NCBI RefSeq assembly: GCF_006345805.1
Contig: NC_042999.1
Coordinates: 168,020,001-168,084,000, forward strand
Length of the DNA: 64,000 nucleotides
Reading direction: 5' to 3'
DNA from: Octopus sinensis
Taxonomy: Eukaryota
Positions 27,377 through 41,908 of this stretch are shown piece by piece. The translations under genes and the position numbers were made by a program. Below the pieces are notes generated by a model that was not told the DNA's origin, did not search any database, and saw only the letters and a list, made by a program, of their open reading frames with translations. Every line of letters begins with the position of its first letter. Position 1 is the first letter of the stretch.

Positions 27377-28179
27377 GAATCTAATTTCTACCTAATGTGA
27401 TTGTATTTCTTCAGAATTCAGAATTCCTCATTTGTGATATAAAGAACAAACAAAATAAATAAACATTTGTGGAAATTAAAAAAGTAGGAAAAGATTTATT
27501 AGTATGTTTTTGCTGTTGATACAAGTATAAAATACCAATTTGTTAATGAAAATTAATTAAAACTTGAAATATTAAATATTAAATATTAGAATTTCCTCCT
27601 GCATACCAACATTAAAATTGTATGCCCCATGATTTTTTTGTACCAGAAGAAACTAATGATATGTTTAAATGAATAATTTTGAAAATATGTAATCAAGAAA
27701 ATTACTTGTAAAATCTTTTATTAGAAATCATGAAATCAAACTTCTTGCTGACAGAAAATATAATCCTTCAAGAATTTCTAAAGCATAGTTTCATTCTTTC
27801 ACATAACGAAAACATAAAAAGCAAAAAAGCATTATCAAAATATGGAAGTATAATGAGTATGGTAAGTATTTATTTGCTCAAAAATGCTCAAGTTTAATCT
27901 GAATGCTTTTAACAGCAAAAACTGAATTTGTCACAGAAAGTTTTGATTAACTGATCAATTGTCAAAAGATGGACTTTTTTTTACAATACTTAAAATAGTT
28001 CAATTTTTCATTATTTTCCAATGTTTCAAGTACATTATTTCTTAGTTCAGAAATTTATCAATTGTTGAAGCAACTTTTTAATAAGAAATTACTTCAACCA
28101 GAAATAATTTCCTTGGTTTAATGAAATTAGCTCCAGAAATAAGTCAAATCACCAGTTTTTGTGAACTATACTCTGCATT

Positions 28180-28868
28180 TTATTTCAATGCAGAAATTCT
28201 AGAGATCATTGGAAATATTATGTGAGCAATGTTAGGAACTAAAGTTTTACGTACATGAGCCTTGAAAGCTTCTTTGGAACTCCTACATTCAGTAAGAGAC
28301 AGTTTATGATTCTGTTGCTTAAAAGATTTGATTTCTGGACTCCTTCTGTTTCGTTGAGTAAGAAGTATATTTTTACTATTTCGTGATCTAAACTGTCTCT
28401 CTCCAAAACTCGTACTTACAAGTAGTGACTGATCTCCATTTTCTTCCTTTGGTCTAATAGTTCGAAATTTTCCAAAACAAGCTTTGGGTTTACATATTTT
28501 GCTTCTATTAATATTCATTACAGCATTCATATCATTCAAAAACTGGCAATTTGAATTGACACTTTTTGTGTTTTTTCTATATTTTAATGAGCCTGAGATT
28601 CGATCCATATCTTTTGGCATCAACTCATTTCCTTTTTTAAATTTGCTATTTACGGATGAACATCTTACTAATGCACTTCTTACAGATGGACTTCTTACTG
28701 ATGGACTTCTCAAAATTTGTTTCCCAACTGAAGTTGGGGTCTTTATTCTTTGGCCTTCAATAGACATGTTTAAGCAAAGATACAGAGGACAACTTATTAC
28801 ACTCTGTTTGTAACCCAGCTCAAAACTTCCTGTATCACAACATTTGTTATATTTTCGATCAAGAACAA
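28180..28868 (-). CDS. TTLL3/TTLL8-like: TTLL probable last coding exon: [22 protein letters not shown]... followed by a ~195 aa basic low-complexity tail
   Basis: atttcag acceptor; in frame with ORF 28180..28767; stop at 28180. An internal donor cannot be excluded. Confidence 0.85.
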
Positions 28869-31800
28869 CTGAAATGATTAAAAGATATATATATATATAT
28901 AATTAATCAAGATTGTCTCCAAATAACAAGTGTTTTATAGATCTTTTAATTATAAAAGTGAAGTCAGCTCTTTTAATTTTAATAATTGTGAAAAGTGAAA
29001 TTCTAGCGATTATTCATTCTGATGACTACTTTAGTGTCACTTACATAAATTAAATCTGTACAATGTTATATTTTAAAGCTTTAAGTGCTCCACCTCTTAA
29101 TCTTACAGCAAATGTGCCTGGAAAGATTTTGTTTCTTGTATTCAGAGTTAAGACAACAGAAGGTCACAGTAAAAGGAAACATGCTGTTGTAAAAAGCCAC
29201 CCAACCTATGTCTGTGAAAAAAAATATAGCACTAATGATTGTAAAAGATAATTTAACCCCATGTGAGTTAGTTTTGATTTGGCTTTACAACAATATAAAG
29301 GGGCTCTACACAGTTGACTAACTTGCTAGAAATAGATAAACCTCACTCAAATATAGAAGGTTGGTGCATTAGCTAATGAAGTCCTAGATACACAATAATT
29401 GAATAAAAGATGGAATGGTCATAGCTGAAATGTCTTTTCCAATCACTTTGCTTGATCAAGCTAACAATCAGTGAAATTCCTTAATGATCTTCGGTTTTGC
29501 ATATAACAGTTCAACTTTACTTTTAAAGAACATTTTTTTTTTTCTCTTATCTTCAAGCTTTTACTTTTTTACTAAATAGAGAGAACAAGAGAGATTTCAT
29601 ATTCCGAGACATCTTTCAGTTCAGAATGGATAGAAAATAAATACCAGATTGATAAATTTGAAAGGGGATGGCTACAGTGTTGCAGGATACAATGGAGTAA
29701 TGAAATTTAACAATGAAGTGGTTCTTAGAATTAAGGACATAATGTATCAATTGGGGCAGGATTTCAGGGAAAAGGCAAGTTTCAGAAGAAGCAATATCAA
29801 AGTTACAACAAATAGTTTTGAGAAAGAGAAATGAAGATTTGTAAAATAAAACCTATTGTAGGATGAGGACAAACACAGGGCAATAGTCATAATCTGAAAG
29901 TTGTTAATCAGCAAATTGAATTTCTCTTTAAAATGGTCTCGGTTACTAGTATTTAATAGCAGACAGCCACTTCAACTCTTCAACTATTATGGGTGCATTT
30001 AAGCTTTGCATCATGTCAACAAATCTCAGAGTTTAAGTGCATTTTCAATGCCAGGAAATTTTAGAAAATACTAAGAATATGGAGCTTCTAAGAGTGAACA
30101 CTGGAGACTGAGTACTAGCATGTGCAGGGGATGGAATTCTTTATACTGTAGGGGAGGAATGCAGCTTTTTCACCTTGAAATAAAAAACTTTCACATTCTA
30201 CTTTTAATAATTACGATATGTTAGATTTAAAATATCAACAGCAGCAAACCTTTTCCATTAATAGCAGACTTTTGTCAGTTAATATTAGCAACAGATAGAA
30301 TATAAGGCTTGGAAATATTAGAGATTCAATAGCTATTGATAAAGAGAAAGAAAACAGATGAGAATGATGTCAAGGTTTGGGTGCACTTTTAGATATAGTA
30401 TGACTTTTGATAAAACAACACATGCACCTAATTAATTAGTTAAAGACCTAAATCACAAAAAGAAAACTTGATAAAGTAATTCACATACTAAAGTGCAAGA
30501 GGTTTAGGAAAGTTAACTATTCACAGAGTCAATAGATTTGACTTCTCTGGAACCATCAGGAGGAATGAAATTCAAAATGGTACACAAGATATATTCACTA
30601 CTTATTACTTACTTCACCGAGGAAATATTGAAAATGATAGTTAGAAACAAGGCAATAATGAATTAGTTGGGTTTTTTTCCTTCTGTAGTTTACATGAAAG
30701 GTACTAAATTATCGATGTATTGTTTTGGACTCACAGAAGGGATACTGTCGAATATTTCACTAATATTTTTTGTAGAGGCCTGGTATTTCTCAGCTTGAGA
30801 ATCACTGGTTTAGACTGATTGGAAGTAATAGTATTGTTTGAGTTTAAGGCTGTTATAAATGTGTACGGCTGTTTTGACAGAGTGTTTTACATGAACTGGC
30901 AAGAAAAGAGCAAGTTGGAATAACAAACTATATCTAGAAGGTCTTTCATTCCTAGTATTATTGTTTCCTCTGTGGATAACTTGCAATTGGACCATACAAA
31001 ATATATTTGTGGATAGTGGAGGCGAAATGGCCCAGTGGTTAGGGCAGCGGACTCGCGGTCGTAGGATTGCGGTTTCGATTCCCAGACCGGGCGTTGTGAG
31101 TGTTTATTGAGCGAAAACACCTAAAAGCTCCACGAGGCTCCAGCAGGGGATGGTGGTGATCCCTGCTGTACTCTTTCACCACAACTTTCTCTCACTCTTA
31201 CTTCCTGTTTCTGTTGTACCTGTATTTCAAGGGGCCGGCCTTGTCACTCTCTTGTGTCACGCTGAATATCCCCGAGAACTACGTTAAGGGTGCACATGTC
31301 TGTGGAGTGCTCAGCCACTTACACGTTAATTTCACGAGCAGGCTGTTCCGTTGATTCGGATCAACCGGAACCCTCATCGTCATAACCGATGGAGTGCTTC
31401 CATCCATCCATTTGTGGATAACTTATGATGATGCAAAGAATGCTTTTTGTGGCCATTAGAGTTTGTTGTGGAGAGATTGAGGTATATTACAGGGATAAAT
31501 ATAATCCATGGTGAATCTTATTATTTATAAATTTGCGTTCTTTTTCAGTTCAATCAAATGTGGAACTCATGAGGGTTCTAAGTATGTTTGAATATCATTT
31601 TGTTTCTTAAGTGCCTATATGGTGACATGTTGAAGAGGTGTTGGGGGTAATTGCTTGCATTTTTATCTTCCATGTATGCGGTACGTTGACAATGTTGAGC
31701 ATAATGGTTGATTGGCTGTTTACATATTTTTATGTTATTTGTGAAAAACAAAGATCTGATGGGTTTGGAAAGTGCTAATTTGGGTCTCTCTCTTTAGAGC

Positions 31801-34800
31801 ATAGACTTCCAGGTGGATAATGTCAGGCTTGAGTAAAAATGCATTTTTTTTCTATGAAATGGCATGAGAATGTGATTGTGATGTTATTATCTGATGGTAA
31901 GTGTATGTTTTTTGAAGGAGTACTCAGGTTGTATGAGTACAAACTAAATAGATTGGGCAAAATGATGGCTCTTTGTGGAACACCATTTGTGAAATTGCAG
32001 CTTCTAGAGGTTTTGAAACTGTACTCTACATAGGAAGCTTCTATAACTTTATCTAGTATATTACAATTACCAACAAGATTTCCCTCAAAACACAGCCAAG
32101 CATCAAGCACAGTTCTTGCTAAGTTAAAAATCAGAAATTTCTAATTGAGAATGAATGTGACAAAGAAGATTTCAACATACATTCCAACAAGATGCAGAAT
32201 ACGATAATTGATATCTCTTTTATTAGCCATCTAAGCATATCATTAATTTATATTATTTTCTTCTTAATATGTTCAACTACTTGATATTAAGTTTATTCCT
32301 ACATTATATTAATACAATTATTGTAAATTGAGTAATCTACAGACAATAGACAAATTCTTACCTTTAAGTGTATCTTCTAATACTTTACAACATAACACTG
32401 ACGTTACTTCTGTACTATGCTGCATACTAGGATTTGAATTAATTTCTATTAACCATGGAATGTAATCATCACTCAACATGAAATCAGCACCATACAGTTC
32501 AAAAGAGCCCTACAAAAGGGATAATGATAATAATAATTTAAAATTTTCATTGGTATCACGAATTGTTTCAAATAAATTCATTTAGTATTCATCAATATCC
32601 AATATTACAAAAAGGCAGCCAGTTGGCAGAATTATCCCTGTGCTGGGCAAAATGCTTAGTGGTATTTTGTCTGTCTTTTATGTTCTGAGTTCAAATTCTA
32701 CTAAGGCCAACTTTGCCTTCTATCCTTTCGGGGTCAATAAAATAAGTACCAGCCGAACAGTAACTGACTTACCCCCACCCTTGCCTTATTCTTTTACTCT
32801 TTTACTTGTTTCAGTCATTTGATTGCGGCCATGCAGGAGCACCGCCTTTAGTCGAGCAAATCGACCGCGGGGCTTATTCTTTGTAAGCCCAGTACTTATT
32901 CTATCGGTCTCATATGCCGAACCGCTAAGTGACGGGGACGTAATCACACCAGCATCGTTTGTCAAGCAATGGTAGGGGGACAAACACAGACACACAAACA
33001 TCCCCCCCCCCCGCATACATATATACATATATACGATGGGCTTCTTTCAGTTTCCGTCTACCAAATCCACTCACAAGGCATTGGTCGGCCCGGAGCTATA
33101 GCAGAAAACACTTGCCCAAGATGCCACGCAGTGGGACTGAACCCGGAACCATGTGGTTGGTTAGCAAGCTACTTACCACACAGCCACTCCTGCGCCTTGT
33201 GCAAAAATTTGAAACCAATATATAATATTAGAAAACCTTCTGAAATATTGTTTTGATGTCTACAGAAACTGAGTTTTAGTTTAATGCTAGCTGAAAAAAA
33301 AAAAAAAACAGAAAAAAAAAATGTTGTGGCTCAGCTGAGGAATTTTGAAAAGAAGAAATTAGTGAAACAGTCAGACATTCAACCAACTGAAAAGTCATTC
33401 AATTTCAACTTGCATAATTTTTATCACACAAAAAAAAAAAAAAAAAAATTTATAGGCGCAGGAGTGGCTGTGTGGTAAGTAGCTTGTTTACCAACCACAT
33501 GGTTCCGGGTTCAGTCCTACTGCGTGGCATCTTGGGCAAGTGTCTTCTGCTATAGCCTCGGGCCGACCAATGCCTTGTGAGTGGATTTGGTAGACGGAAA
33601 CTGAAAGAAGCCCATCGTATATATGTATATATGTATGCGGGGGGGATGTTTGTGTGTCTGTGTTTGTCCCCCTAGCATTGCTTGACAACCGATGCTGGTG
33701 TGTTTACGTCCCCGTCACTTAGCGGTTCGGCAAAAGAGACCGATAGAATAAGTACTGGGCTTACAAAGAATAAGTCCCGGGGTTGATTTGCCCCATTAAA
33801 GGCGGTGCTCCAGCATGGCCGCAGTCAAATGACTGAAACGAGTAAACGAGTAAGCACCAATGATTAGCTTAATGATCTAAATAGAGAACTATAATAATAT
33901 TCTGATAATTATATTTATATTTCCTAAAATAGTGTTATATACATAGCCTTATTTATATAAATAAGGCTATATAAACTGAACACACAAATACATACAAATA
34001 ACTGAATTCGAAGTACAAAAGCAAAAGTTTGGCATACCTTTCTGGATTCAACTAGTTCCTGAGATACAATTACTGAGCAGATTATTGCTTTCTTTATTTT
34101 TGGATAAATTGACTCTTCCCACAAGTCAGAGCTGGACTGCATTCTAAAATAGATTAGGATGAATATATCTGGAAGGCAACTTACTCAGTGTAGCAACATA
34201 GTTTATACATTTTTTAACTGTCGAAAAGGTTATTTTTTTTCTCCATTTGTATTATTCTTTTATGTTAGGACTTTAAGAATTCTATTTTAAAATTGATTTT
34301 AAATTATCCGTAGTTGACAATAAAGATGAAAGGCAAGATGAACTCTGATGGGATTTGAACAGAAAAGATAAAGAGGTGCAGGAGTGGCTGTGTGGTAAGT
34401 AGCTTGCTAACCAACCACATGGTTCCGGGTTCAGTCCCGCTGCGTGGCATCTTGGGCAAGTGTCTTCTGCTATAGCCCCGGGCCGACCAATGCCTTGTGA
34501 GTGGATTTGGTAGACAGAAACTGAAAGAAGCCCATCGTATATATGTATATATGTATGTGGGGGGGGGGGGTGTCTGTGTTTGTACCCCTAGCATTGCTTG
34601 ACAACCAATGCTGGTGTGATTACGTCCCCGTCGCTTAGCGGTTCGGCATAAGAGACCAATAGAATAAGTACTGGACTTACAAAAGAATAAGTCCCGGGGT
34701 CGATTTGCTCGACTAAAGGCGGTGCTCCAGCATGGCTGCAGTCAAATGACTGAAACAAGTAAAAGAGAAAGAGAAAGAGAGAGTTGCTCAAATTGCAAGG

Positions 34801-37800
34801 CGCTCTACCAATTATACTGTAATTAATTTCTATTAACCATGGAATGTAATCATCACTCAACATGAAATCAGCACCATACAGTTCAAAAGAGCCCTACAAA
34901 AGGGATAATGATAATAATAATTTAAAATTTTCATTGGTATCACGAATTGTTTCAAATAAATTCATTTAGTATTCATCAATATCCAATATTACAAAAAGGC
35001 AGCCAGTTGGCAGAATTATCCCTGTGCTGGGCAAAATGCTTAGTGGTATTTTGTCTGTCTTTTATGTTCTGAGTTCAAATTCTACTAAGGCCAACTTTGC
35101 CTTCTATCCTTTCGGGGTCAATAAAATAAGTACCAGCCGAACAGTAACCGACTTACCCCCACCCTTGCTTTACTCTTTTACTTGTTTCAGTCATTTGATT
35201 GCGGCCATGCTGGAGCACCGCCTTTAGTCGAGCAAATCGACCCCAGGACTTATTCTTTATAAGCCCAGTACTTATTTTATCGGTCTCTTTTGCCAAACCG
35301 CTAAGTGACGGGGACGTAAACACACCAGCATCGGTTGTCAAGCAATGCTAGGGAGAAAAACACAGACACACAAACATACATATATATATATATATATACA
35401 CATATATACGACAGGCTTCTTTCAGTTTCCGTCTACCAAATCCACTCACAAGGCATTGGTTGGCCCGGGGCTATAGCAGAAAACACTTGCCCAAGATGCC
35501 ACGCAGTGGGACTGAACCCGGAACCATGTGGTTGGTTAGCAAGCTACTTACCACACAGCCACTCCTGCGCCTTGTGCAAAAATTTGAAACCAATATATAA
35601 TATTAGAAAACCTGAAATATTGTTTTGATGTTTTTTACACACTATTTATTAATCTGGCTCAATACTTTACGAGATTAATAAATAGTGTGTAAATTTTCAG
35701 TCTAACAGAAAAGAAACCTTTCTGCTTCTACCAGGTTACCAATCTCCAGAGAACTTCCTCAGTAGCTTCCTACTGATTTGATTAATATCAATGACACAGG
35801 CTCTATTCAGGTCATCCTTAAAATAGCATTGAGTGTTCCTATTTGCCAAAACCAGTTCACCATACCTACAAAAGACCCGCTTCAGTCATGAATGACAATG
35901 GGATCGCGTGTAGAAAGTTCCCCTCCAAGGCACAAACCTGGGCAAAGTTGTTTATAGAAGAACAGCAGTTGCCCATGCATACCAGCCCCACTCTCCACAC
36001 TACCAATGTTATCCAAGGGAAAGGCAAAGGGGCCAATACAGCTTGGCACTAGTTACGTTGCAACTCATTTCTACAGCTGAGTGAACTGGAGCAACGTGAA
36101 ATAAAGTGTCTTGCTCAAGAACACAACACGCAGCCCGGTCCAGGAATCAAACTCACTACCTCATGATTGTAATCCCAACCCTCTAACCACTGAGCCATGC
36201 ACCTTCCACATACCTAAAAGCTCCACGAGGCTCCGGCAGGGGATGGTGGTGATCCCTGCTGTACTCTTTCACCACAACTTTCTCTCACTCTTACTTCTTG
36301 TTTCTGTTGTACCTGTATTTCAAAGGGACGGCCTTGTCACTCTCTGTGTCACGCTGAATATCCCCGAGAACTACGTTAAGGGTACATGTGTCTGTGGAGT
36401 GCTCAGCCACTTACACGTTAATTTCACGAGCAGGCTGTTCCGTTGATTCGGATCAACCGGAACCCTCATCGTCGGAACTGACGGAGTGCTTCCAGGTGTT
36501 GTATATTACACAACTGTCCACGGATGAGCATTGGCAGTAGTAGTAGTAGTTGTGAGAGTGAAGCAAACTGTTAAAGCTATGTTCAGTGAAACTAATGTAA
36601 TATTGATGGTAGAGTTCTTCCCCACAGCCAATATGAATACAACAAATAATCTTGTAAAACGTTTTTGTATCTGGTTTGCACGATTATAGGAATTCATGAA
36701 TTGTAAACAATTTTGTTGTGTCTTGGGAGAGTCGTTATGCCAATATTAATAACACATGCACTGATTCAATTCCAGTTGGTTAATATCAAAGGATTGGAAT
36801 TGAACTAGTGCAGGTATTATTAATATTGGCATAACGACTCTCCCAAGACACAACAAAATTTCCAAAGGCATTTACCATTCAAAGCACCATTCAAGTATTC
36901 ATTCAGAGCTTTTAATATTGTATTTTGCAAATATATAGATAATGTGATCGATGCCAGGGCCGCCTGACTGGTTTCCATGCCAGTGGCATGTATAAAGCAC
37001 CGATACACTCTCGGAGTGGTTGGCATTAGTAAGGATATCCAGCTGTAGAAACATTGCCAGATCAGATTGGAGCCTGGAGCAGCTGCTGGCTTTCCAGACC
37101 TCAGTCAAACTGTCCAACCCATGCCAGCATGGAAAATGGACGTTAAACGATGATGAGGATGATTGTTTAACCCTTTAGCATTCAGATTACTCAGTTAGTC
37201 AAATGTAATACCTATTTATTCACATTGTACTGAATTAATCATACATTATTCCATAGCTTCAAGATTTCTATGATTCTTTATTTTTAAAATGACATCATAG
37301 GGTAGGTGTGAGAGACAAGATATGCCCAGTTTCAACATAAATCAGATAGAATATTTAGGCCAGATATGGCTGGGTTAATCAAGAAAGAAAATTATTTACA
37401 TCAAGTAAAATGAAGCATATTTCAAATACGACATGAAATACGAACATTTATAAACCAATCAAAGATATTTAAAAAAAACTTTTGATATGGAAATAATTAC
37501 CTGAGATAATTTTTAAATTGATGATGAGTCCACATGTTATTTTCAGGTAGTTCTTTGGCTCGGGGACCGTTTTTATAATTTCTTTGTATCACATTGTTAC
37601 ACAGATGAATTGACCTAAACACATGTCATCAAAAATTAAATAACATGTTAAAACAACAAAAGTAATAACTAGAAACCTGAAAATGATTATTATTCAAACT
37701 AACTTCAAGAAGGTCCTTTACATATATACCTGCCTTCCCCACCCCCCACACTCTTTGTGTTCATGTGATGTCTCTACTCCCTACTCATGCACCTTTGACA

Positions 37801-40787
37801 ATACCCTACCATTTATTTTCTGACCTGTACCTTGAGGGTGTGGAGGCGCAATGGCCCAGTGGTTAGGGCAGCGGACTCGTGGTCATAGGATCGCGGTTTC
37901 GATTCCCAGACCAGGCGTTGTGAGTGTTTATTGAGCGAAAACACCTAAAGCTTCACGAGGCTCCGGCAGGGGATGGTGGTGATCCCTGCTGTACTCTTTC
38001 ACCACAACTTTCTCTCACTCTTACTTCTTGTTTCTGTTGTACCTGTATTTCAAAGGGACGGCTTTGTCACTCTCTGTGTCACGCTGAATATCCCCGAGAA
38101 CTACGTTAAGGGTACACGTGTCTGTGGAGTGCTCAGCCACTTACACGTTAATTTCACGAGCAGGCTGTTCCGTTGATTCGGATCAACCGGAACCCTCGTC
38201 GTCGTAACCGACGGAGTGCTTCCCACCTTGAGGGTAAGCCCTGACACTTTGCCACCATCCACCCCTCCCTTGCTCTACCCTACTCTCCCATTTATATTCT
38301 GATCCCTGTTCCTTGTGAGTATGCTCTGTCACTTCACAACCATCTCTTTCCTGCTCTCTCTTGCACTCTCATTCTCTTCCTCTCTCTCTCTCTGACTGGT
38401 TAACCATGCATCTCCTCTACAGCAACCAACCTGTTTCTGCTCAGTCATTTCAAATTAGATCTTCAGCAAGTTAGCTTGGGATTCCTTAACGACAATGTAA
38501 CCTTCATATAATTAAGGTTACTCCAACCTGATGAGTAGCTAGCTACAAGTACCCCTCATAGAGTAATTATTACATCAGAGGATTTGCTATCTAGGAAAAA
38601 TATGTAACCTAAATTTTACCAGCTCCACTCTCTCAGTTTGGATTTTTATTAACATCAAGTTGCTAACCATGAGCTATAAAAAAAAAATTTCAGCTTATTG
38701 GACTTTGATATGGGAAAAGACTACAGCCTTTGACACCAATGAATTATTATTGGCCTTGAATATTGTCTTTTATACCTACCACAGGCTGCTTGAAACTTAC
38801 AATCTTCCTACATTTAGATCCTTGCAACTTATAATTACATATTGATATGAGCTTGGTGTAGCCTCCTGGCTTGCCAATCTTCAGTCAACCCATCCAACCC
38901 AAGCCAGCATGGAAAGCGGACATTAAACGAAGATGATGATATATGTGTGTGTGCAATTTTTATGCTCACTTTTTCCTTATTGAATAAGACTGGTTGAGAT
39001 ATCCAAAGCTCAAAAACTGGTACGTGCCTGTAACTTAGCAGTTTGGCAAAAAAAAAGTACTGGGATTGATTCATTCGACCCCACTACTTATTTTCAAAAA
39101 TTCAAGGCGGTGCCCCAGCAAAAATGAGACCAACAGAATAAGTACTAGGGTTATGAAGAATAAGTCCTGTGGTCGATTTGTTTGACTAAAGGTGGTGCTC
39201 CAGCATGGCCACAGTCAAATGACTGGAACAAGTAAAAGAATAGTGTGTAATGGGTAAATTGTTGCCATTTTATATTTTTAATTTCGCGCATGCGCATCGT
39301 TTGTTTTTGATTTTGTCGATTATACAGTATGGTAGGGTCAGTTGGGCACTGTCTGTGAGAAAAACAGCATCATGACACAATTCACTCTGTCAGAAATTTG
39401 GAAACAACATGCTGTACTGCTTGGCATTCGCACCAGAAGCTCCAATACAAATATTTCAGAGTGGGTGTCAATCTGAGGACAATGCAGAGGATTCGGAAAG
39501 AGTTGGATGAGTCTAATGGGGATTACTAAGGAACGGCAGCTCGAAACCCTCACTCTGATTGTTCTGATAAGAAAAGAACTCTTGAATTTGTTGGTAAGAT
39601 CCAGGCCATAATTGACAATGATCCCTCCAAGTCAATAAGGTCCATCGTCAGAGACATGGGAGTGTCTGAGGTAATGCATAAAAACAGTCAGTATACTTCA
39701 TACAAGATGAGTAAGGGCCAATTTTTATCCCAAGCCATCAAGGACAAGAGGAAAGATCGCACCATGAAGCTTTTGAACAAACTTGAGCATCCCCTCCAGC
39801 CGAACATGCTTTGATTTTTCTCAGAAAAGAAAAATTTTGCCAGGACCATATGGTCAACACACAGAACAACCGTTCACTTATTGTGTCCCCAAAACATGTA
39901 CCGGGAGTGATAAAAATCAAACATTCAGTCAACATCATGTTGTTTGGTGTGATCACTAGTGATGGTGATGTTATGCCTCCAGTCATCTTCCCACACGGCT
40001 TCAGACTTAACAGAGGCCTACATCAAGTGCTCGAGGAGGTAGTGCTGCCCTGGGTCAACAGGGTGGCCGCTAAAAGACCCTACATCTGGCAACGGGACTC
40101 TGCATCATGCCACACAAGCAGGAGAACTCAGTCATAGCTGTCAGGCAATTTCTGCAACCACACCACCCCTGACCTCTGGCCATCTAACTCCCCAGATTGC
40201 ATCCCGCTTATTATGTATGAGGCGCAGTTGAGCAAGAGACCAACAAAATTCCTTGCAACACCAAAAATGAACTGAAGGCAAGGATTATGGCAGCATTCAC
40301 CAACTTAAAAAAGGAGAACGTCCAGAAGAATTGCAGAAGATTCCAAAGTCGTGTGGAAGCTGTGGTTGAAGCCAATGGCGATTTTATTGAATAGATTTAC
40401 TCTTTAGTATTTCAAGATATTTTAATGTAATTTTGGTAAATATATGTTAAAATGAGATCCCAGTATTATTTTCATTTTTGTGTAACTTAGACAATAATTT
40501 ATTCACTGCACTTTGTATATGTATGTATATATATATATATATATATATATAAGTAGTTGAATGAATTATCCTAGTATGGATAATTCGGTTAACCGATACC
40601 CGGGTAGCAAATTCACGTCAGAAAAACACGGTTGAAGCTACATGCCAAGGGCAGAGATCACGTGCTTTCGTGTGGAAATTTGTGTTTTTTTTTTTAATAT
40701 TCCTTCGAAATTAGGAATATGCAGTCTTCGAAACATATGTCGAGAATAAAGGAATTTTGTTAAATCGTCGTTCAACTCCATTCTTTC

Positions 40788-40827
<40 letters not shown>

Positions 40828-41862
40828 GCACACACACATACATACAGATACATATATCATTGCTATTATACAAAAGTATCTTAAGTTCAAAACATTGCTT
40901 TATAGACATGTATATAGATTCATTTGTACGCGTGTGTGAATATGTATGAGTGGGTGGGTATGTATGTATATAGATGTGTGCGTGCGTGCGGGCATAAGAA
41001 TACATATATATATATAGACGTTTTTACTTAGTATTTTTACAGTTTTTTCGGATTTTTGGGGCGTATGTATAATCCTTTTTTTGTGTATGTGTGTGTGAGT
41101 ATGCATATATAATCATGTGCGGGTATGTACATATATGGTCGTGTGTGTGTATGTGTGCATAAGGGCATGTCCGTATATGAACGTGCTTTTTACGCTTTGT
41201 ATACTTCTTTATGTTTTTTTCTGTATTGTTACCTTTAATCATGATTTTTCTTGTGCTTGTGCGTATATAGACGTATGTATGAACCTTTACGGTACGCGCG
41301 TGTGTGTATAAGTTTGTATATATATATATGCGTATACATTTGGCAAAAAATGCGAGTGAAGATGTGTATGTTTTGATAGTGACGTATACGTATGCATGTG
41401 GGTGCACAAGCGCACATGTGAGCATATGAGTAGGCATGCTTACGTGTTTACTATGAACTTTTAACCTTAATTTATATAAGTAGCAAAATTATAACACAGT
41501 AATTTCCCTTTATATAACGGTCTTTTTTCATAGCGTTTTTCAGATGGTCAGATAACCGAAGAGATGGTGGTGTGGATTTCCACCTCGGCATCTGAAACTC
41601 AGAGTTTTATCTTGGCTATTGAATAACTGTCACATATTATTTTACAGATATATATATATATATATATCATCATCATCGTTTAGCGTCCGCTTTCCATGCT
41701 AGCATGGGTTGGACGGTTCAACTGGGGTCTGGGAAGCCAGAAGGCTGCACCAGGCCCAGTTTGATCTGGCAATGTTTCTACAGCTGGATGCCCTTCCTAA
41801 CGCCAACCACTAGCGATGCTAGGGGGACAAACACAGACACACAAACACACACATACATATAT

Positions 41863-41908
<46 letters not shown>

